A DNA stretch of 64,000 nucleotides from Candidatus Bacteroides merdipullorum (GCA_019116045.1 DXCK01000090.1:11914-75913), one strand, 5' to 3'. Counted from the stretch's first letter, positions 47,315-58,002 are shown. Notes: generated by a model from the sequence alone, not told the origin. Program-made: numbers and translations.

Positions 47315-49465
47315 ATGATAGTTTGCATTGCCGAGAAACCCTCTGTGGCCCGCGACATCGCCGATGTGTTGGGCGCAAGAGAAAAGAAAGACGGATATAT
47401 AGAAGGAAACGGCTACCAGGTGACGTGGACCTTTGGGCATTTGTGCACGCTGAAAGAGCCGCACGAATACACGCCCGACTGGAAGTCCTGGCGCTTGGAC
47501 TACCTGCCGATGATTCCCCCGCGTTTTGGCATCAAGCTGATAGAGAACGCTACGTACGAGCGTCAGTTTCGCGTCATCGAACGACTGATGCAAGCGGCAG
47601 ACCTGATTATCAACTGCGGCGATGCCGGGCAGGAGGGGGAGCTTATCCAGCGTTGGGTGATGCAGAAGGCCGGGGCACGCTGTCCGGTGAAACGCCTGTG
47701 GATTTCGTCGCTGACGGAAGAAGCCATCCGCGAGGGCTTTGCCAAGCTGCGCGACGCGGCCGATTTCCAACCCTTGTACGAAGCGGGACTGAGCCGTGCC
47801 ATCGGCGACTGGCTGCTGGGGATGAACGCCACGCGCCTCTACACCATGAAGTATGGGCAGAGCCGCCAGGTGCTTTCCATCGGACGTGTGCAGACGCCGA
47901 CTTTGGCGCTGATTGTGAACCGACAGTTGGAGATACAGCGTTTCGTCCCCAAGCAATATTGGGTGCTGAACACGGTGTATCGCGACACGACCTTTTCGGC
48001 ACTGGTCAAGAAGAGCGAAGAAGAACTCGTGCTGGAGGCGGAAAAGCAGAAAGACAATCCGGCGGCCAGAAAGTCCGGCAAAACAGAAGAAAACCGGGGC
48101 ATCGACCCCATCACCGACCGGGCGCGTGGCGAGGCCTTGTTGGCCCGAATCAAAGACGTGCCCTTTACGGTGACAGGTGTGACAAAGAAAGAAGGCCGCG
48201 AAGCGCCCCCGCGCCTGTTCGACCTGACCTCTCTCCAGGTGGAGTGTAACAAGAAGTTTGCTTATTCGGCCGACGACACGCTGAAGCTCATCCAGTCTCT
48301 CTACGAGAAAAAAGTGGCGACCTATCCCCGTGTCGACACCACCTTCCTGAGCGATGACATCTATCCGAAGTGCCCCGGCATCCTGAATGGCTTGCGCGGC
48401 TACGAGACGCTGACGGCTCCTTTGGCGGACAAGCCGCTTCCCAAGTCGAAAAAGGTCTTCGACAACGCCAAGGTGACAGACCACCACGCCATTATCCCTA
48501 CGGGGCAGCCGCCCGTAAACCTGACGGACATGGAGCGCCGCGTGTTCGACCTGATTGCCCGGCGCTTCATTGCCGTGTTCTATCCCGACTGCAAGTTCTC
48601 TACTACCACGGTCATGGGCGAAGTGGACGGCATCGAATTCAAGGCCACGGGCCGGCAGATTCTCGAGCCGGGCTGGCGGGTGGTCTTCGCCACTCCGGCC
48701 GCCCAAGCTTCTTCTGCCGAGGACAAAGAAGAGCGCGAAGGCGAGGCCGACCGTGTGCTGCCCGCTTTCGTGCGGGGCGAGACGGGGCCCCATCTCCCCG
48801 AATTGTCGGAGAAGTGGACGCAGCCGCCCAAACCTTATACCGAAGCCACCTTGCTGCGGGCGATGGAGACAGCAGGCAAACTGGTGGATAACGACGAGCT
48901 GCGCGACGCACTGAAGGAAAACGGCATCGGCCGCCCCTCCACCCGCGCCGCCATTATTGAGACACTGTTCAAGCGTAATTACATACGGAAGGAACGCAAG
49001 AACCTGGTCGCCACTCCTACGGGCGTGGAACTGATTCAGACCATCCACGAAGAATTGCTGAAATCTGCCGAACTGACCGGCATCTGGGAGAAAAAGTTGC
49101 GCGAGATAGAAAAGCGCACCTACGATGCAGCCCGTTTCCTGGAAGAGCTGAAGCAGATGGTCCGCGAGATTGTGGCAAACGTACTGGCCGATACCAGCAA
49201 CCGCCGCATCACCGTGCAGGCCGCCCCGCCGCCCAAACCCGCGCAAGCATCGCCAGCCAAGGCCGCCGCCAAAGAAAAGCCCAAGCGGACGCCGAAAAAA
49301 CGTCCGGCCAAGAAGGCTGCCGCCACATCCGTCCCGGCAGATGACTCTTGGGTCGGCCAACCCTGTCCCCTCTGTGGCGAGGGCACCATTGTCAAAGGAA
49401 AAACGGCCTACGGATGCTCCCGTTGGAAAGAGGGATGCCAGTTCCGTAAACCGTTTGGCGGGTGA
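47315..49465 (+). CDS. topB: DNA topoisomerase III (type IA)
   Basis: AEKPSVA, GDAGQEGE, SIGRVQTPT, TYPRVD, GIGRPSTRA, C-terminal Zn ribbon. Confidence 0.93.
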   Translation: MIVCIAEKPSVARDIADVLGAREKKDGYIEGNGYQVTWTFGHLCTLKEPHEYTPDWKSWRLDYLPMIPPRFGIKLIENATYERQFRVIERLMQAADLIINCGDAGQEGELIQRWVMQKAGARCPVKRLWISSLTEEAIREGFAKLRDAADFQPLYEAGLSRAIGDWLLGMNATRLYTMKYGQSRQVLSIGRVQTPTLALIVNRQLEIQRFVPKQYWVLNTVYRDTTFSALVKKSEEELVLEAEKQKDNPAARKSGKTEENRGIDPITDRARGEALLARIKDVPFTVTGVTKKEGREAPPRLFDLTSLQVECNKKFAYSADDTLKLIQSLYEKKVATYPRVDTTFLSDDIYPKCPGILNGLRGYETLTAPLADKPLPKSKKVFDNAKVTDHHAIIPTGQPPVNLTDMERRVFDLIARRFIAVFYPDCKFSTTTVMGEVDGIEFKATGRQILEPGWRVVFATPAAQASSAEDKEEREGEADRVLPAFVRGETGPHLPELSEKWTQPPKPYTEATLLRAMETAGKLVDNDELRDALKENGIGRPSTRAAIIETLFKRNYIRKERKNLVATPTGVELIQTIHEELLKSAELTGIWEKKLREIEKRTYDAARFLEELKQMVREIVANVLADTSNRRITVQAAPPPKPAQASPAKAAAKEKPKRTPKKRPAKKAAATSVPADDSWVGQPCPLCGEGTIVKGKTAYGCSRWKEGCQFRKPFGG

Positions 49466-49481
49466 CGCGCCGCGCCCTGCG

Positions 49482-50321
49482 TTATCTGAAGAAAGAGCGG
49501 AGACGGCGTCCCAAGCGGCGGTACCACTTGTTCTTGCGTCGCTTCTTGTAATATTCAAGCTCCGCCTTCATCTGACGGATGAGCTCCTCGTCCTGTCTCA
49601 GCCAGCGCAGCAAGGCAATCGGGTCGTCGTACAGTTTCCCGTAGATGTCCATGTGTTTGCTGTAAATGATTTGATGCAGTTCATGCAGGTGCAGGGTGGC
49701 AGTCGTGTTGCGTGAGTTTTCCTTTATCCGGTAAAAGAACAAAGGTTCTTCTAACTGGACCACCACGCTCTGTTCGTCCAGCAGGCGGATGTAGAACTCC
49801 CAGTCCTCGAGCCCCCACACCATTCCTGCGTCATACCCTCCGATGGCCAGGCAATCGCTTTTCCTGTATATGGCCGAACTGAAGATAGAGTTGTAAACCA
49901 GCAGGCTTTTATAGCCTGCATACCTGGGCGACGGACATTCCTCTTCGTTGTTGCTGCATTGCAGGCAGTAGACCAAGGTGGTTTCCGGGTGTTCCGAGAA
50001 CACTTTTACAGCCTTTTCTATGTATGTCGGTTTAATCCAGTCGTCAGCGTCCAGCGGCAGGATGAACTCTCCTTTTGCTTGCTTTATACCGTTATTGCGC
50101 GCGGTAGAAACGCCTTGGTTCTGTTGTGGCAAGTAGCTGATGCGGTTGTCTTGCTGCATGTACTGCCGCACTACTTCTGCGGTATTATCGGGCGAGCCGT
50201 CGTCGATTACAATGGCTTCCCAGTTCCGGTAGGTTTGTTTCAACAAAGACTCTAAAGCGTCGGGCAGGAAATCTGCCTGTTTGTAGCATGGTATAATGAC
50301 TGATACTTTTACTTCGTCCAT
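49482..50321 (-). CDS. Glycosyltransferase family 2
   Basis: VSVIIPCY, IDDGSPD, ARNNG, LDADD, GLEDWEF. Confidence 0.92.
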   Translation of the reverse strand: MDEVKVSVIIPCYKQADFLPDALESLLKQTYRNWEAIVIDDGSPDNTAEVVRQYMQQDNRISYLPQQNQGVSTARNNGIKQAKGEFILPLDADDWIKPTYIEKAVKVFSEHPETTLVYCLQCSNNEEECPSPRYAGYKSLLVYNSIFSSAIYRKSDCLAIGGYDAGMVWGLEDWEFYIRLLDEQSVVVQLEEPLFFYRIKENSRNTTATLHLHELHQIIYSKHMDIYGKLYDDPIALLRWLRQDEELIRQMKAELEYYKKRRKNKWYRRLGRRLRSFFR

Positions 50322-50324
50322 AAG

Positions 50325-51680
50325 CTATTCTTGATAGTAGCGGTAGAACTCGACGACGGCTTCGATGCCTTTCCGCAGGATGTCCAGTGGAAGATTCTCG
50401 TTGGGCGAGTGGATAGCGTTGCTTTCCAGCCCGAAGCCCATCAGTATTGTCTTGATGCCCAGCACTTGCTCGAAGGTGGCGATGATGGGGATGCTTCCGC
50501 CGCGGCGCACGGCCAGTGGTTTCCGTCCGAAGGCTTTCTCGAACCCGTGTGCGGCGGCCTTGTAGGCTGGCAGGCTGATGGGGCAGACGTAGCCTTGTCC
50601 GCCGTGCATGGGCGTGACCTTTACGTCGACTGTGTCGGGTGCGATGGCCAGTATGTAGTCGGCCAGCAGGTGCGAAATCTTTTCGTGATCTTGGTGCGGG
50701 ACAAGACGGCACGACACTTTGGCGTAGGCTTTCGAGGGCAATACGGTTTTCGAGCCTTCGCCCGTGTATCCGCCCCAGATGCCGCACACGTCGAACGACG
50801 GGCGGCAACTGTTCCGCTCCAGAGTGCTGTATCCTTTTTCTCCGTCCAGGGCTTTTACGCCGATAGCCCGCTTGTACTTCTCTTCGTCAAAGGGGATGCT
50901 GGCTATCATGGCGCGTTCTTCTTGTGGCACTTCTTCGACGTCGTCGTAGAAGCCTGGCACGGTGATGCGCCCGTTTTCGTCCGTCAGCCGGGCAATCAGT
51001 TTGCAGAGCACGTTGATGGGGTTGGCCACGGCGCCGCCGAAGTGTCCGGAGTGCAGGTCGCGGTTGGGGCCGGTCACTTCTATCTCCCAGTAAGCCAGTC
51101 CGCGCAGCCCGGTGGTCAGCGAAGGCAGGTCTGCGCCGAGCATACTGGTGTCTGACACCAGGATGATGTCTGCCTTTAACAGTTCGCGGTGTTCTTGGCA
51201 GAAGTTCTCCAGGCTGGGTGAGCCTATTTCTTCTTCTCCCTCGAAGATGAACTTGACGTTTACTTTCAGTTCTTTGTTTTTCACCAGGTATTCGAAGGCT
51301 TTGACTTGTATGAATGACTGTCCCTTGTCGTCGTCTGCGCCGCGTGCCCAGATGTGTCCGTCGCGCACTTCGGGTTCGAAGGGGGCGCTTTTCCACAGCT
51401 CCAGGGGCTCGGCGGGCATGACGTCGTAGTGGGCATAGACCAGTACGGTCCGTGCCTCCGGGTTCACGGTTTTTTGGGCGAAGACGATGGGGTTGCCGGC
51501 CGATGGCATGACGTGTGCTTCGTCGGCTCCTGCTTCCAGCAGCAACTGTCGCCAGCGTTGGGCGCAGGCCAGCATGTCGTCGCGGTGTTCGGGTTGGGCG
51601 CTGATGCTGGGGATTCGGATGAGGCTGAACAGTTCGTCCAGCATCCGCGGCTCGTTGGATTGGATGTAGTCTTTAATCAT
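50325..51680 (-). CDS. M20 family dipeptidase
   Basis: YAHYDV, ARGADDDKG, EGEEEIGS, DLHSG, HSPNE. Confidence 0.93.
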   Translation of the reverse strand: MIKDYIQSNEPRMLDELFSLIRIPSISAQPEHRDDMLACAQRWRQLLLEAGADEAHVMPSAGNPIVFAQKTVNPEARTVLVYAHYDVMPAEPLELWKSAPFEPEVRDGHIWARGADDDKGQSFIQVKAFEYLVKNKELKVNVKFIFEGEEEIGSPSLENFCQEHRELLKADIILVSDTSMLGADLPSLTTGLRGLAYWEIEVTGPNRDLHSGHFGGAVANPINVLCKLIARLTDENGRITVPGFYDDVEEVPQEERAMIASIPFDEEKYKRAIGVKALDGEKGYSTLERNSCRPSFDVCGIWGGYTGEGSKTVLPSKAYAKVSCRLVPHQDHEKISHLLADYILAIAPDTVDVKVTPMHGGQGYVCPISLPAYKAAAHGFEKAFGRKPLAVRRGGSIPIIATFEQVLGIKTILMGFGLESNAIHSPNENLPLDILRKGIEAVVEFYRYYQE

Positions 51681-51699
51681 GGTTAAATGGAAAGTAGGA

Positions 51700-51782
51700 A
51701 ATGAAGAATGAAGAACTTTGGGCGGCTTTCCAGGGGAGAATTTTTCCTTTCTCTGTGAAGCGGATATTCTTCATTCTTCATT
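51700..51782. repeat. Inverted (ATGAAGA)n heptamer hairpin
   Basis: aatgaagaatgaagaa ... ttcttcattcttcatt, between aroC and the dipeptidase. Confidence 0.75.
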
Positions 51783-51786
51783 AAGG

Positions 51787-52863
51787 TTACAGTTGGGTGG
51801 TACGGTCTATCAGGTAGAAGTCCAGCAGGGTCATGGCAGCCATGGCTTCTACGATGGGCACGGCGCGGGGCAGGACGCAGGGGTCGTGCCGGCCTCGTGC
51901 TTTGAGGGTGGTGTCTTGCCCGTCGATGTTGACGGTGTGCTGCTCCATCAGCACGGTGGCCACGGGTTTGAAGGCCACGCGGAAGTAGATGTCTTGTCCG
52001 TTGCTGATGCCGCCCTGTATGCCTCCGGAGTGGTTGGTGCGTGTTTCGATGCGTCCGGCGTTGTTGTAGAACACGTCGTTCTGTTCAGAGCCTTTCATCT
52101 TGAGGCCCTTGAAGCCGTCGCCGTACTCGAAGGCTTTGGCCGCGTTGATGCTGAGCATTCCCGAGGCCAGGGCCGATTGCAGCTTGCCGAAGACGGGTTG
52201 TCCCAGTCCGATGGGGCAGCCTTGGATGACGCACGTCACTACGCCGCCTATCGTGTCCCCTTCTTCTTTCACTTGGTAGATGTATTCTTCCATCTCCTTT
52301 GCTTTGTCCGGGTCCGGGCAGCGCACGGGGTTGGTTTCTATCAGGTCGAGGTCGTAGGCCGTGTAGTCGTCTTCCAGGCGGATGGGCCCCACTTGCGAGG
52401 TGTATGCCTTGATGCTGACGCCCAGTTGTCTGAGGGCAATCTTGGCCAGGGCGCCCCCGACGACGCGCGAGATGGTCTCGCGGGCCGACGAGCGTCCGCC
52501 GCCTCGGTAGTCGCGGATGCCGTATTTCAGCTTGTACGTGTAGTCGGCGTGCGAGGGGCGGTAGACGCTTTGCATTTCGCTGTAATCGCTGCTGTGCTGG
52601 TTTTTGTTCCATACCAGGAAACCGATGGGGCTGCCGGTTGATTTGCCGTTGAAGATGCCCGACAGAAATTCTACCTTGTCGTCTTCCGAGCGCGAAGTGG
52701 TGATGCGCGACTGGCCCGGCCGGCGGCGGTTCAGTTCGGCCTGTACGAAGTCCATGTCGATGGTTACGCCCGAGGGAAATCCGTCTATTACGCCTCCGAT
52801 GGCCTTGCCGTGCGATTCCCCGAAAGTGGTAAGGCGGAGGATGTTTCCAAATGAATTGAACAT
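51787..52863 (-). CDS. aroC: Chorismate synthase
   Basis: [38 protein letters not shown]. Confidence 0.98.
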   Translation of the reverse strand: MFNSFGNILRLTTFGESHGKAIGGVIDGFPSGVTIDMDFVQAELNRRRPGQSRITTSRSEDDKVEFLSGIFNGKSTGSPIGFLVWNKNQHSSDYSEMQSVYRPSHADYTYKLKYGIRDYRGGGRSSARETISRVVGGALAKIALRQLGVSIKAYTSQVGPIRLEDDYTAYDLDLIETNPVRCPDPDKAKEMEEYIYQVKEEGDTIGGVVTCVIQGCPIGLGQPVFGKLQSALASGMLSINAAKAFEYGDGFKGLKMKGSEQNDVFYNNAGRIETRTNHSGGIQGGISNGQDIYFRVAFKPVATVLMEQHTVNIDGQDTTLKARGRHDPCVLPRAVPIVEAMAAMTLLDFYLIDRTTQL

Positions 52864-53402
52864 ACTTCAAATGCTTTAAAGGTTTATAATCAGGCTGATG
52901 CAGTGGCTTTTTCGCCGAAAGCGTCGTTTGCTCCTCGTAAAGATAATAAATATTTCTGAAAAAGCGTTGTTCGGGCTGCGCTTTTTTTTCCTGTTTTTTT
53001 TATTTCGCCCTGTCGGCGTCTGCGACGGGGCGTTTTTCGGCGGCTTGTTTTCCCGGCAAAAAGTCCCGCTGCCTGAGGACTTTGTTTCCCCTTCGTCATG
53101 CGTCTGCTTCTTCCGAAGCACGGCCGTGCTTCCTGTGCTATGCAGCCTTCCTTCCGTGCCTGTGTTTCCTTGCAGCCTGTCCGTTGCCTGCAAATGTCAT
53201 CTACGGTTGTCAATCGCCTTCATGCCCTCCTTCCGTTGGTCGGCTCGAAGGTGGGAATCTTAAAAATAGAACATCTATTTATAAAAAAAGGCTTGTTCAG
53301 TTACCATATTTTGCCTTATTTTGCACCCCGGATTAAAAAAGGGAAATTTAACCGACTCGGTGACGAGTCATTTTATTCACTAAACAAAAGTTTTTAGAAA
53401 GT

Positions 53403-54608
53403 ATGAAAAAGAATTGGCTTTATTCGCTTGCCTTGGTTTGCTTCTTAGGAGTGTTTGCGGCTTGTAGCGATGATGACGAACCGGCCAGAGCGTCTGTGGA
53501 CACGGTGAACGGTACGTACACCTCGACGGACACAGAAAAACAACTGCAACTGACTTATGGCGACGCCGTCATGACGGGCAAGAGCGTTACGTTCAATTCG
53601 GCAGACGGACAGACAGCCACCATCACACTGACGGGTGCTGCGAACTCGTTGTTAAGCGGACTGGCACAGCAGACCGTCAACAACCCCGGCGTTATCCCCG
53701 GCGAAGCTTCTACGACGCTGAACGTTACCCTGGTGCCGCAAGGTGAAACGGGCTACACGTTCTCCGGCACAGACGATTCTAACGACCGCACCGTGGCTTA
53801 CACGGGTTCGGTAGAGGCCGGCAAGCTGACGCTGGATGTGGATGTGACGTTTGCCAGCAATGAACTGACGGGGACATGGAATCTTTATCCTGCGGGTGAT
53901 TTATCGGCTTCGACCTTTCCTATTTTTGCTAATTGGGAAAGTAATACCAAGATTGTATTGGATGAAACCACTCAGTGGAGTATGACTGACTTACTGGCTC
54001 TCGCTCTTCATTTGCCTGTATTTGGATCGACAGGTAACGAACAATCGGTAGACCAAATGTTGGCTGCTGTTTTGCAGAGCATAACATTTGGTGTTGATGG
54101 TAACATCATAGCTTCTTATTCTGATGCAGCCAACATTTCATCTCCTACTTGGCAGGACTCTCCGACTGGTATGGTTCAATATTGCGTAAAGAATGGAAAA
54201 CTTTATGCTTATCTGGATATTGATGTTATTATGGCAGCTGTAATGGGTACTTCTTCACAGGCTGATGCCGGAAGCGATGATTTATTATCAAGTCTGTTGC
54301 CCATGTTGTTGGGACATATAAACGAAATCGCTCCGCTTTTAACTGAAGGAATTCCTTTGGGCTATCGTATAGATCCTTCAACGGGAGTATTGAGCGTGTA
54401 TATTGAGAAAGAAGGTTTGGGTGATGTCTTAATTAATATAGCTACCGAACTGCTGAACGATCCGGAGATGCAGGACAAACTTCTTGCAATGATGCCGTCA
54501 GATGGAATGTTTGCTCTTTTCGGTCCTCTGATAATTCCTCAGTTGGGTGGTGTAATTGGAGACACTACGAGCATGGAACTCGGTCTGAACTTCAACCCTG
54601 CTGAATAA
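53403..54608 (+). CDS. DUF4925-like surface lipoprotein
   Basis: Lipobox FAAC followed by the acidic SDDDE export signal; L.LTYG...GKSV.F, GVIPGE, F..DGNI.A.Y. Confidence 0.75.
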   Translation: MKKNWLYSLALVCFLGVFAACSDDDEPARASVDTVNGTYTSTDTEKQLQLTYGDAVMTGKSVTFNSADGQTATITLTGAANSLLSGLAQQTVNNPGVIPGEASTTLNVTLVPQGETGYTFSGTDDSNDRTVAYTGSVEAGKLTLDVDVTFASNELTGTWNLYPAGDLSASTFPIFANWESNTKIVLDETTQWSMTDLLALALHLPVFGSTGNEQSVDQMLAAVLQSITFGVDGNIIASYSDAANISSPTWQDSPTGMVQYCVKNGKLYAYLDIDVIMAAVMGTSSQADAGSDDLLSSLLPMLLGHINEIAPLLTEGIPLGYRIDPSTGVLSVYIEKEGLGDVLINIATELLNDPEMQDKLLAMMPSDGMFALFGPLIIPQLGGVIGDTTSMELGLNFNPAE

Positions 54609-54631
54609 TAATATTGCTTTTAAACAAACTA

Positions 54632-54668
54632 CGCCCTGCCTCCCTTGTGGAAGTGCAGGGCTTTTTTG
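54632..54668 (+). terminator. Terminator
   Basis: GCCCTGC...GCAGGGCTTTTTT. Confidence 0.8.
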
Positions 54669-54736
54669 TATCTTCCTGTTTGCTTGTTCCGGAAAAGCAG
54701 CGCATCTTTGTGTTGCACATTCAAAAAGATAGAATC

Positions 54737-55044
54737 ATGCTCACTAAAAATGAATGTATCAGCCTGTTGCAATCGTGTGCCGACATTCTGCGGCAACGGT
54801 TTGACGTCCATACCCTCCGCTTGTTCGGCTCTGTGGCCCGGGACGAGCAGAAAGAAGGGAGCGTGTGGACATCTGCGTAGAAATGCCTCCTAAGCTTTAT
54901 TTGCTGGTAGAACTCGGCATGGAGCTCTTGGGCTGCCGTGTCGATGTGGTGCGTATGCACCGCAATTTGAACGCTTTCTTGAAAAACGAAATAGAAAAAG
55001 ATGGAATCTATGTCATACTTTCATGCCGTGACGCGGGCGTCTGA
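54737..55044 (+). pseudogene. Frameshifted minimal nucleotidyltransferase (MNT/MntA-type antitoxin)
   Basis: LFGSVARDEQKEGS, then an apparent 1-nt deletion near 54863 (AGC-GT-GTG-GAC where S-D-V-D is expected); the shifted frame continues VDICVEMPP...ELLGCRVDVV...EIEKDGIYV. Confidence 0.8.
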
Positions 55045-55159
55045 AAACGAAGTTGATAATATTTTCCCCTAAACGCTTGCCTGCTATAGAAAAATGCTTA
55101 TTTTTGCAAACACGCTCCCCGCATGCCAAAAGAGCGCATCTATTTAAAGAGCAAGAACT

Positions 55160-57427
55160 ATGGAAGAGCATTTGAGTCTGAAAGAGAAAGAGCAGGCCGA
55201 AGAAGCCATGATACAGCAAGCATTTCAGGAACTGCTGAACGACTACCTGGCCACCAAGCACCGCAAACGCGTGGAAATCATTACCAAAGCGTTCAATTTT
55301 GCCAACCAAGCCCACCGGGGCATCAAACGACGTTCGGGCGAACCCTACATCATGCACCCCATCGCCGTGGCCAAAATCGTGTGCAACGAAATCGGGCTCG
55401 GCTCCACCTCCATCTGCGCCGCCCTCTTGCACGACGTGGTGGAGGACACCGACTATACGGTGGAGGACATCGAAAACATCTTCGGCCCGAAGATAGCGCA
55501 AATCGTGGACGGGCTGACCAAAATATCCGGCGGCATCTTTGGCGACCGCGCCTCGGCGCAGGCGGAGAACTTCAAGAAGTTGCTGCTCACCATGAGCGAT
55601 GACATCCGAGTCATCCTTATCAAGATCGCCGACCGCCTGCACAACATGCGCACGCTGGGCTCCATGCTGCCCAACAAGCAATACAAGATTGCCGGCGAGA
55701 CGCTCTACATCTACGCCCCCCTGGCTCACCGTCTGGGGCTGAACCGCATCAAGACTGAACTGGAAAACCTCAGCTTCAAGTACGAACATCCCGAAGAATA
55801 TGCCGAGATAGAGAAGAAGTTGGCCGCCACGGCAGCCGAGCGTGACAAGGTCTTTCAGGAATTTACCGCCCCCATACGCGCCCAGTTGGACAAGATGGGT
55901 TTGCAGTACCACATCCTGGCCCGTGTCAAATCTATCTATTCCATCTGGAACAAGATGCAGACCAAGCATGTGCCTTTCGAGGAAATCTACGACATTCTGG
56001 CCGTGCGCATTGTCTTCAAGCCGCGCAACATGGAAGAGGAACTGAACGACTGTTTCGACATCTACGTGGCCATCTCCAAGATATACAAACCGCATCCCGA
56101 CCGGCTGCGCGACTGGGTAAGCCATCCGAAGAGCAACGGCTACCAGGCCTTGCACGTCACCTTGATGGGAAATAACGGCCAGTGGATTGAGGTGCAGATA
56201 CGCAGCGAACGCATGGACGACGTGGCCGAGCAGGGCTTTGCCGCCCATTGGAAATACAAGGAAGGCGGGGGCAGCGAGGACGAAGGTGAGCTGGAACGCT
56301 GGCTGCACACCATCAAAGAGATTCTGGACGACCCGCAGCCCGATGCCATCGACTTCCTGGACACCATCAAGCTGAACCTTTTTGCTTCGGAGATATTCGT
56401 ATTCACGCCCAAAGGCGACCTGAAGACCATGCCCCAGGATTCTACTGCGCTGGATTTTGCGTTCTCTCTCCATACCGACATCGGAACGCACTGCATCGGT
56501 GCCAAGGTCAACCATAAACTGGTGCCGCTGAGTCATCGCTTGAAAAGTGGCGACCAGGTGGAGATTCTGACTTCGAAGGCACAGCGCATACAGCCCGAGT
56601 GGGTGGGGTTCGTCACCACAGCTCGTGCCAAGGCCAAGATTACCGAGATTCTGCGCAAAGAAGAGAAGATTAACCAGCAGAAGGGTGAAGTGCTCTTGAA
56701 CGAGTTTTTGCAGAAAGAGGGCGTACCCGTGGATGCTTCTTCCATCGACCGCCTGACCAACTTGCATAACTTCCACACGCCCGACGAACTGATGGCCGCC
56801 ATTGGCAGTGGTAAAGTGGTGTTGGGCGATGTAGACCGCAATCTTTTCAAAGAGAAGCAGGGGAAGAACTGGAAGAAACTGTTGTCTTTCTCTTTCGTGA
56901 AGGACACCGTCAAGGATGGGAAGGACGGCAATGTGGTGCCGAAGGCCGAGGGCAAGCCTGAGAAAATTGATACCAAGAAGATTCTGAAGCTGACAGAGGA
57001 GGCTATCTCCAAAGAATATATTATGGCAGAGTGTTGCCATCCTATTCCTGGCGATGACGTATTGGGCTATATCGACGAGCAAAACCGGGTCATTATACAC
57101 AAGCGGCAGTGTCCCGTGGCCGTGAAGCTGAAGAGCAGTTACGGCAACCGCATTATCGCCACGCAATGGGACACGCACAAAGACCTTTCGTTCCTGGTTA
57201 CTATCTATGTGAGAGGCATTGACGGAGTAGGGGTCTTGAATGAAGTCACACAAATTATCTCGCGCCAACTCAACGTGAATATCCGGAAGCTGAACATTGA
57301 CGCCATTGACGGCATCTTTGAAGGGAAAATACAACTTTATGTGCACGACGTGGACGATGTGCGGACCATCTGTAATAACCTGAAGCAGTTGCAGCACATC
57401 AAAGAGGTGGCGCGTGTCGAAGATTAA
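55160..57427 (+). CDS. relA: RelA/SpoT (p)ppGpp synthetase/hydrolase
   Basis: RRSGEPY..HP, LLHDVVED, R.K..YSI, KSNGYQALH, EVQIR, TGS and ACT domains. Confidence 0.96.
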   Translation: MEEHLSLKEKEQAEEAMIQQAFQELLNDYLATKHRKRVEIITKAFNFANQAHRGIKRRSGEPYIMHPIAVAKIVCNEIGLGSTSICAALLHDVVEDTDYTVEDIENIFGPKIAQIVDGLTKISGGIFGDRASAQAENFKKLLLTMSDDIRVILIKIADRLHNMRTLGSMLPNKQYKIAGETLYIYAPLAHRLGLNRIKTELENLSFKYEHPEEYAEIEKKLAATAAERDKVFQEFTAPIRAQLDKMGLQYHILARVKSIYSIWNKMQTKHVPFEEIYDILAVRIVFKPRNMEEELNDCFDIYVAISKIYKPHPDRLRDWVSHPKSNGYQALHVTLMGNNGQWIEVQIRSERMDDVAEQGFAAHWKYKEGGGSEDEGELERWLHTIKEILDDPQPDAIDFLDTIKLNLFASEIFVFTPKGDLKTMPQDSTALDFAFSLHTDIGTHCIGAKVNHKLVPLSHRLKSGDQVEILTSKAQRIQPEWVGFVTTARAKAKITEILRKEEKINQQKGEVLLNEFLQKEGVPVDASSIDRLTNLHNFHTPDELMAAIGSGKVVLGDVDRNLFKEKQGKNWKKLLSFSFVKDTVKDGKDGNVVPKAEGKPEKIDTKKILKLTEEAISKEYIMAECCHPIPGDDVLGYIDEQNRVIIHKRQCPVAVKLKSSYGNRIIATQWDTHKDLSFLVTIYVRGIDGVGVLNEVTQIISRQLNVNIRKLNIDAIDGIFEGKIQLYVHDVDDVRTICNNLKQLQHIKEVARVED

Positions 57428-57843
57428 GCTTCTGCATCGTCTTCCTCCGGCTCCCGCTCTTCTTCGATGTTCTTTTTCAGCGTATCCATGTCGTCATAGG
57501 TGAAGGCGTTGAGGGCATCGCGCATGTTTGTCAACTCCTCGCGGATGGCTTTCAGCCGTTCCACCGCTTCGTAGTTGCGCAGGGTTGCCTCGCGGTTGTC
57601 CTTCAGCCGTTGGCGGGCGCCTTGCAGGGTCATGCCGCGTTCCTTTACCAGATGATATATCAGCTTCAGAGCTTCTATATCTTCTGTGTTATATTGGCGC
57701 ACGCCTCTTCCCGCCCGTTTGGGTTTAAGTTGTTGCGGAAACTCGTCTTCCCAGTAGCGTAGCAGCGATTCGTTGACGCCCAGCATCTGGGCCACTTCGC
57801 TGATGGAGTAATATAGCTTCAGGTTCTTGTTCTTGTTCAGCAT
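57424..57843 (-). CDS. MerR-family HTH protein
   Basis: KLYYSISEVA...LLRYWE..F...P...G.R.Y. Confidence 0.9.
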   Translation of the reverse strand: MLNKNKNLKLYYSISEVAQMLGVNESLLRYWEDEFPQQLKPKRAGRGVRQYNTEDIEALKLIYHLVKERGMTLQGARQRLKDNREATLRNYEAVERLKAIREELTNMRDALNAFTYDDMDTLKKNIEEEREPEEDDAEA

Positions 57844-57890
57844 GTCGTCAGTGGTTTGACTTTCTTCTTCTTTCTTTTATTATTATGGTA

Positions 57891-57986
57891 GAGCGGACTG
57901 CTCTCTTGCTATCGAGCGGACTGCTCTCTTACTATCGAGCGGATTGCTCTCTTACTATCGAGCGGATTGCTCTCTTACTATCGAGC
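57891..57986. repeat. 4 x 23-bp tandem repeat GAGCGGA(C/T)TGCTCTCTT(G/A)CTATC
   Basis: Units start at 57891, 57914, 57937 and 57960; each contains a GAGC-5nt-GCTC mini-palindrome. Confidence 0.92.
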
Positions 57987-58002
57987 AAGTCACTCGTTCC
58001 GG

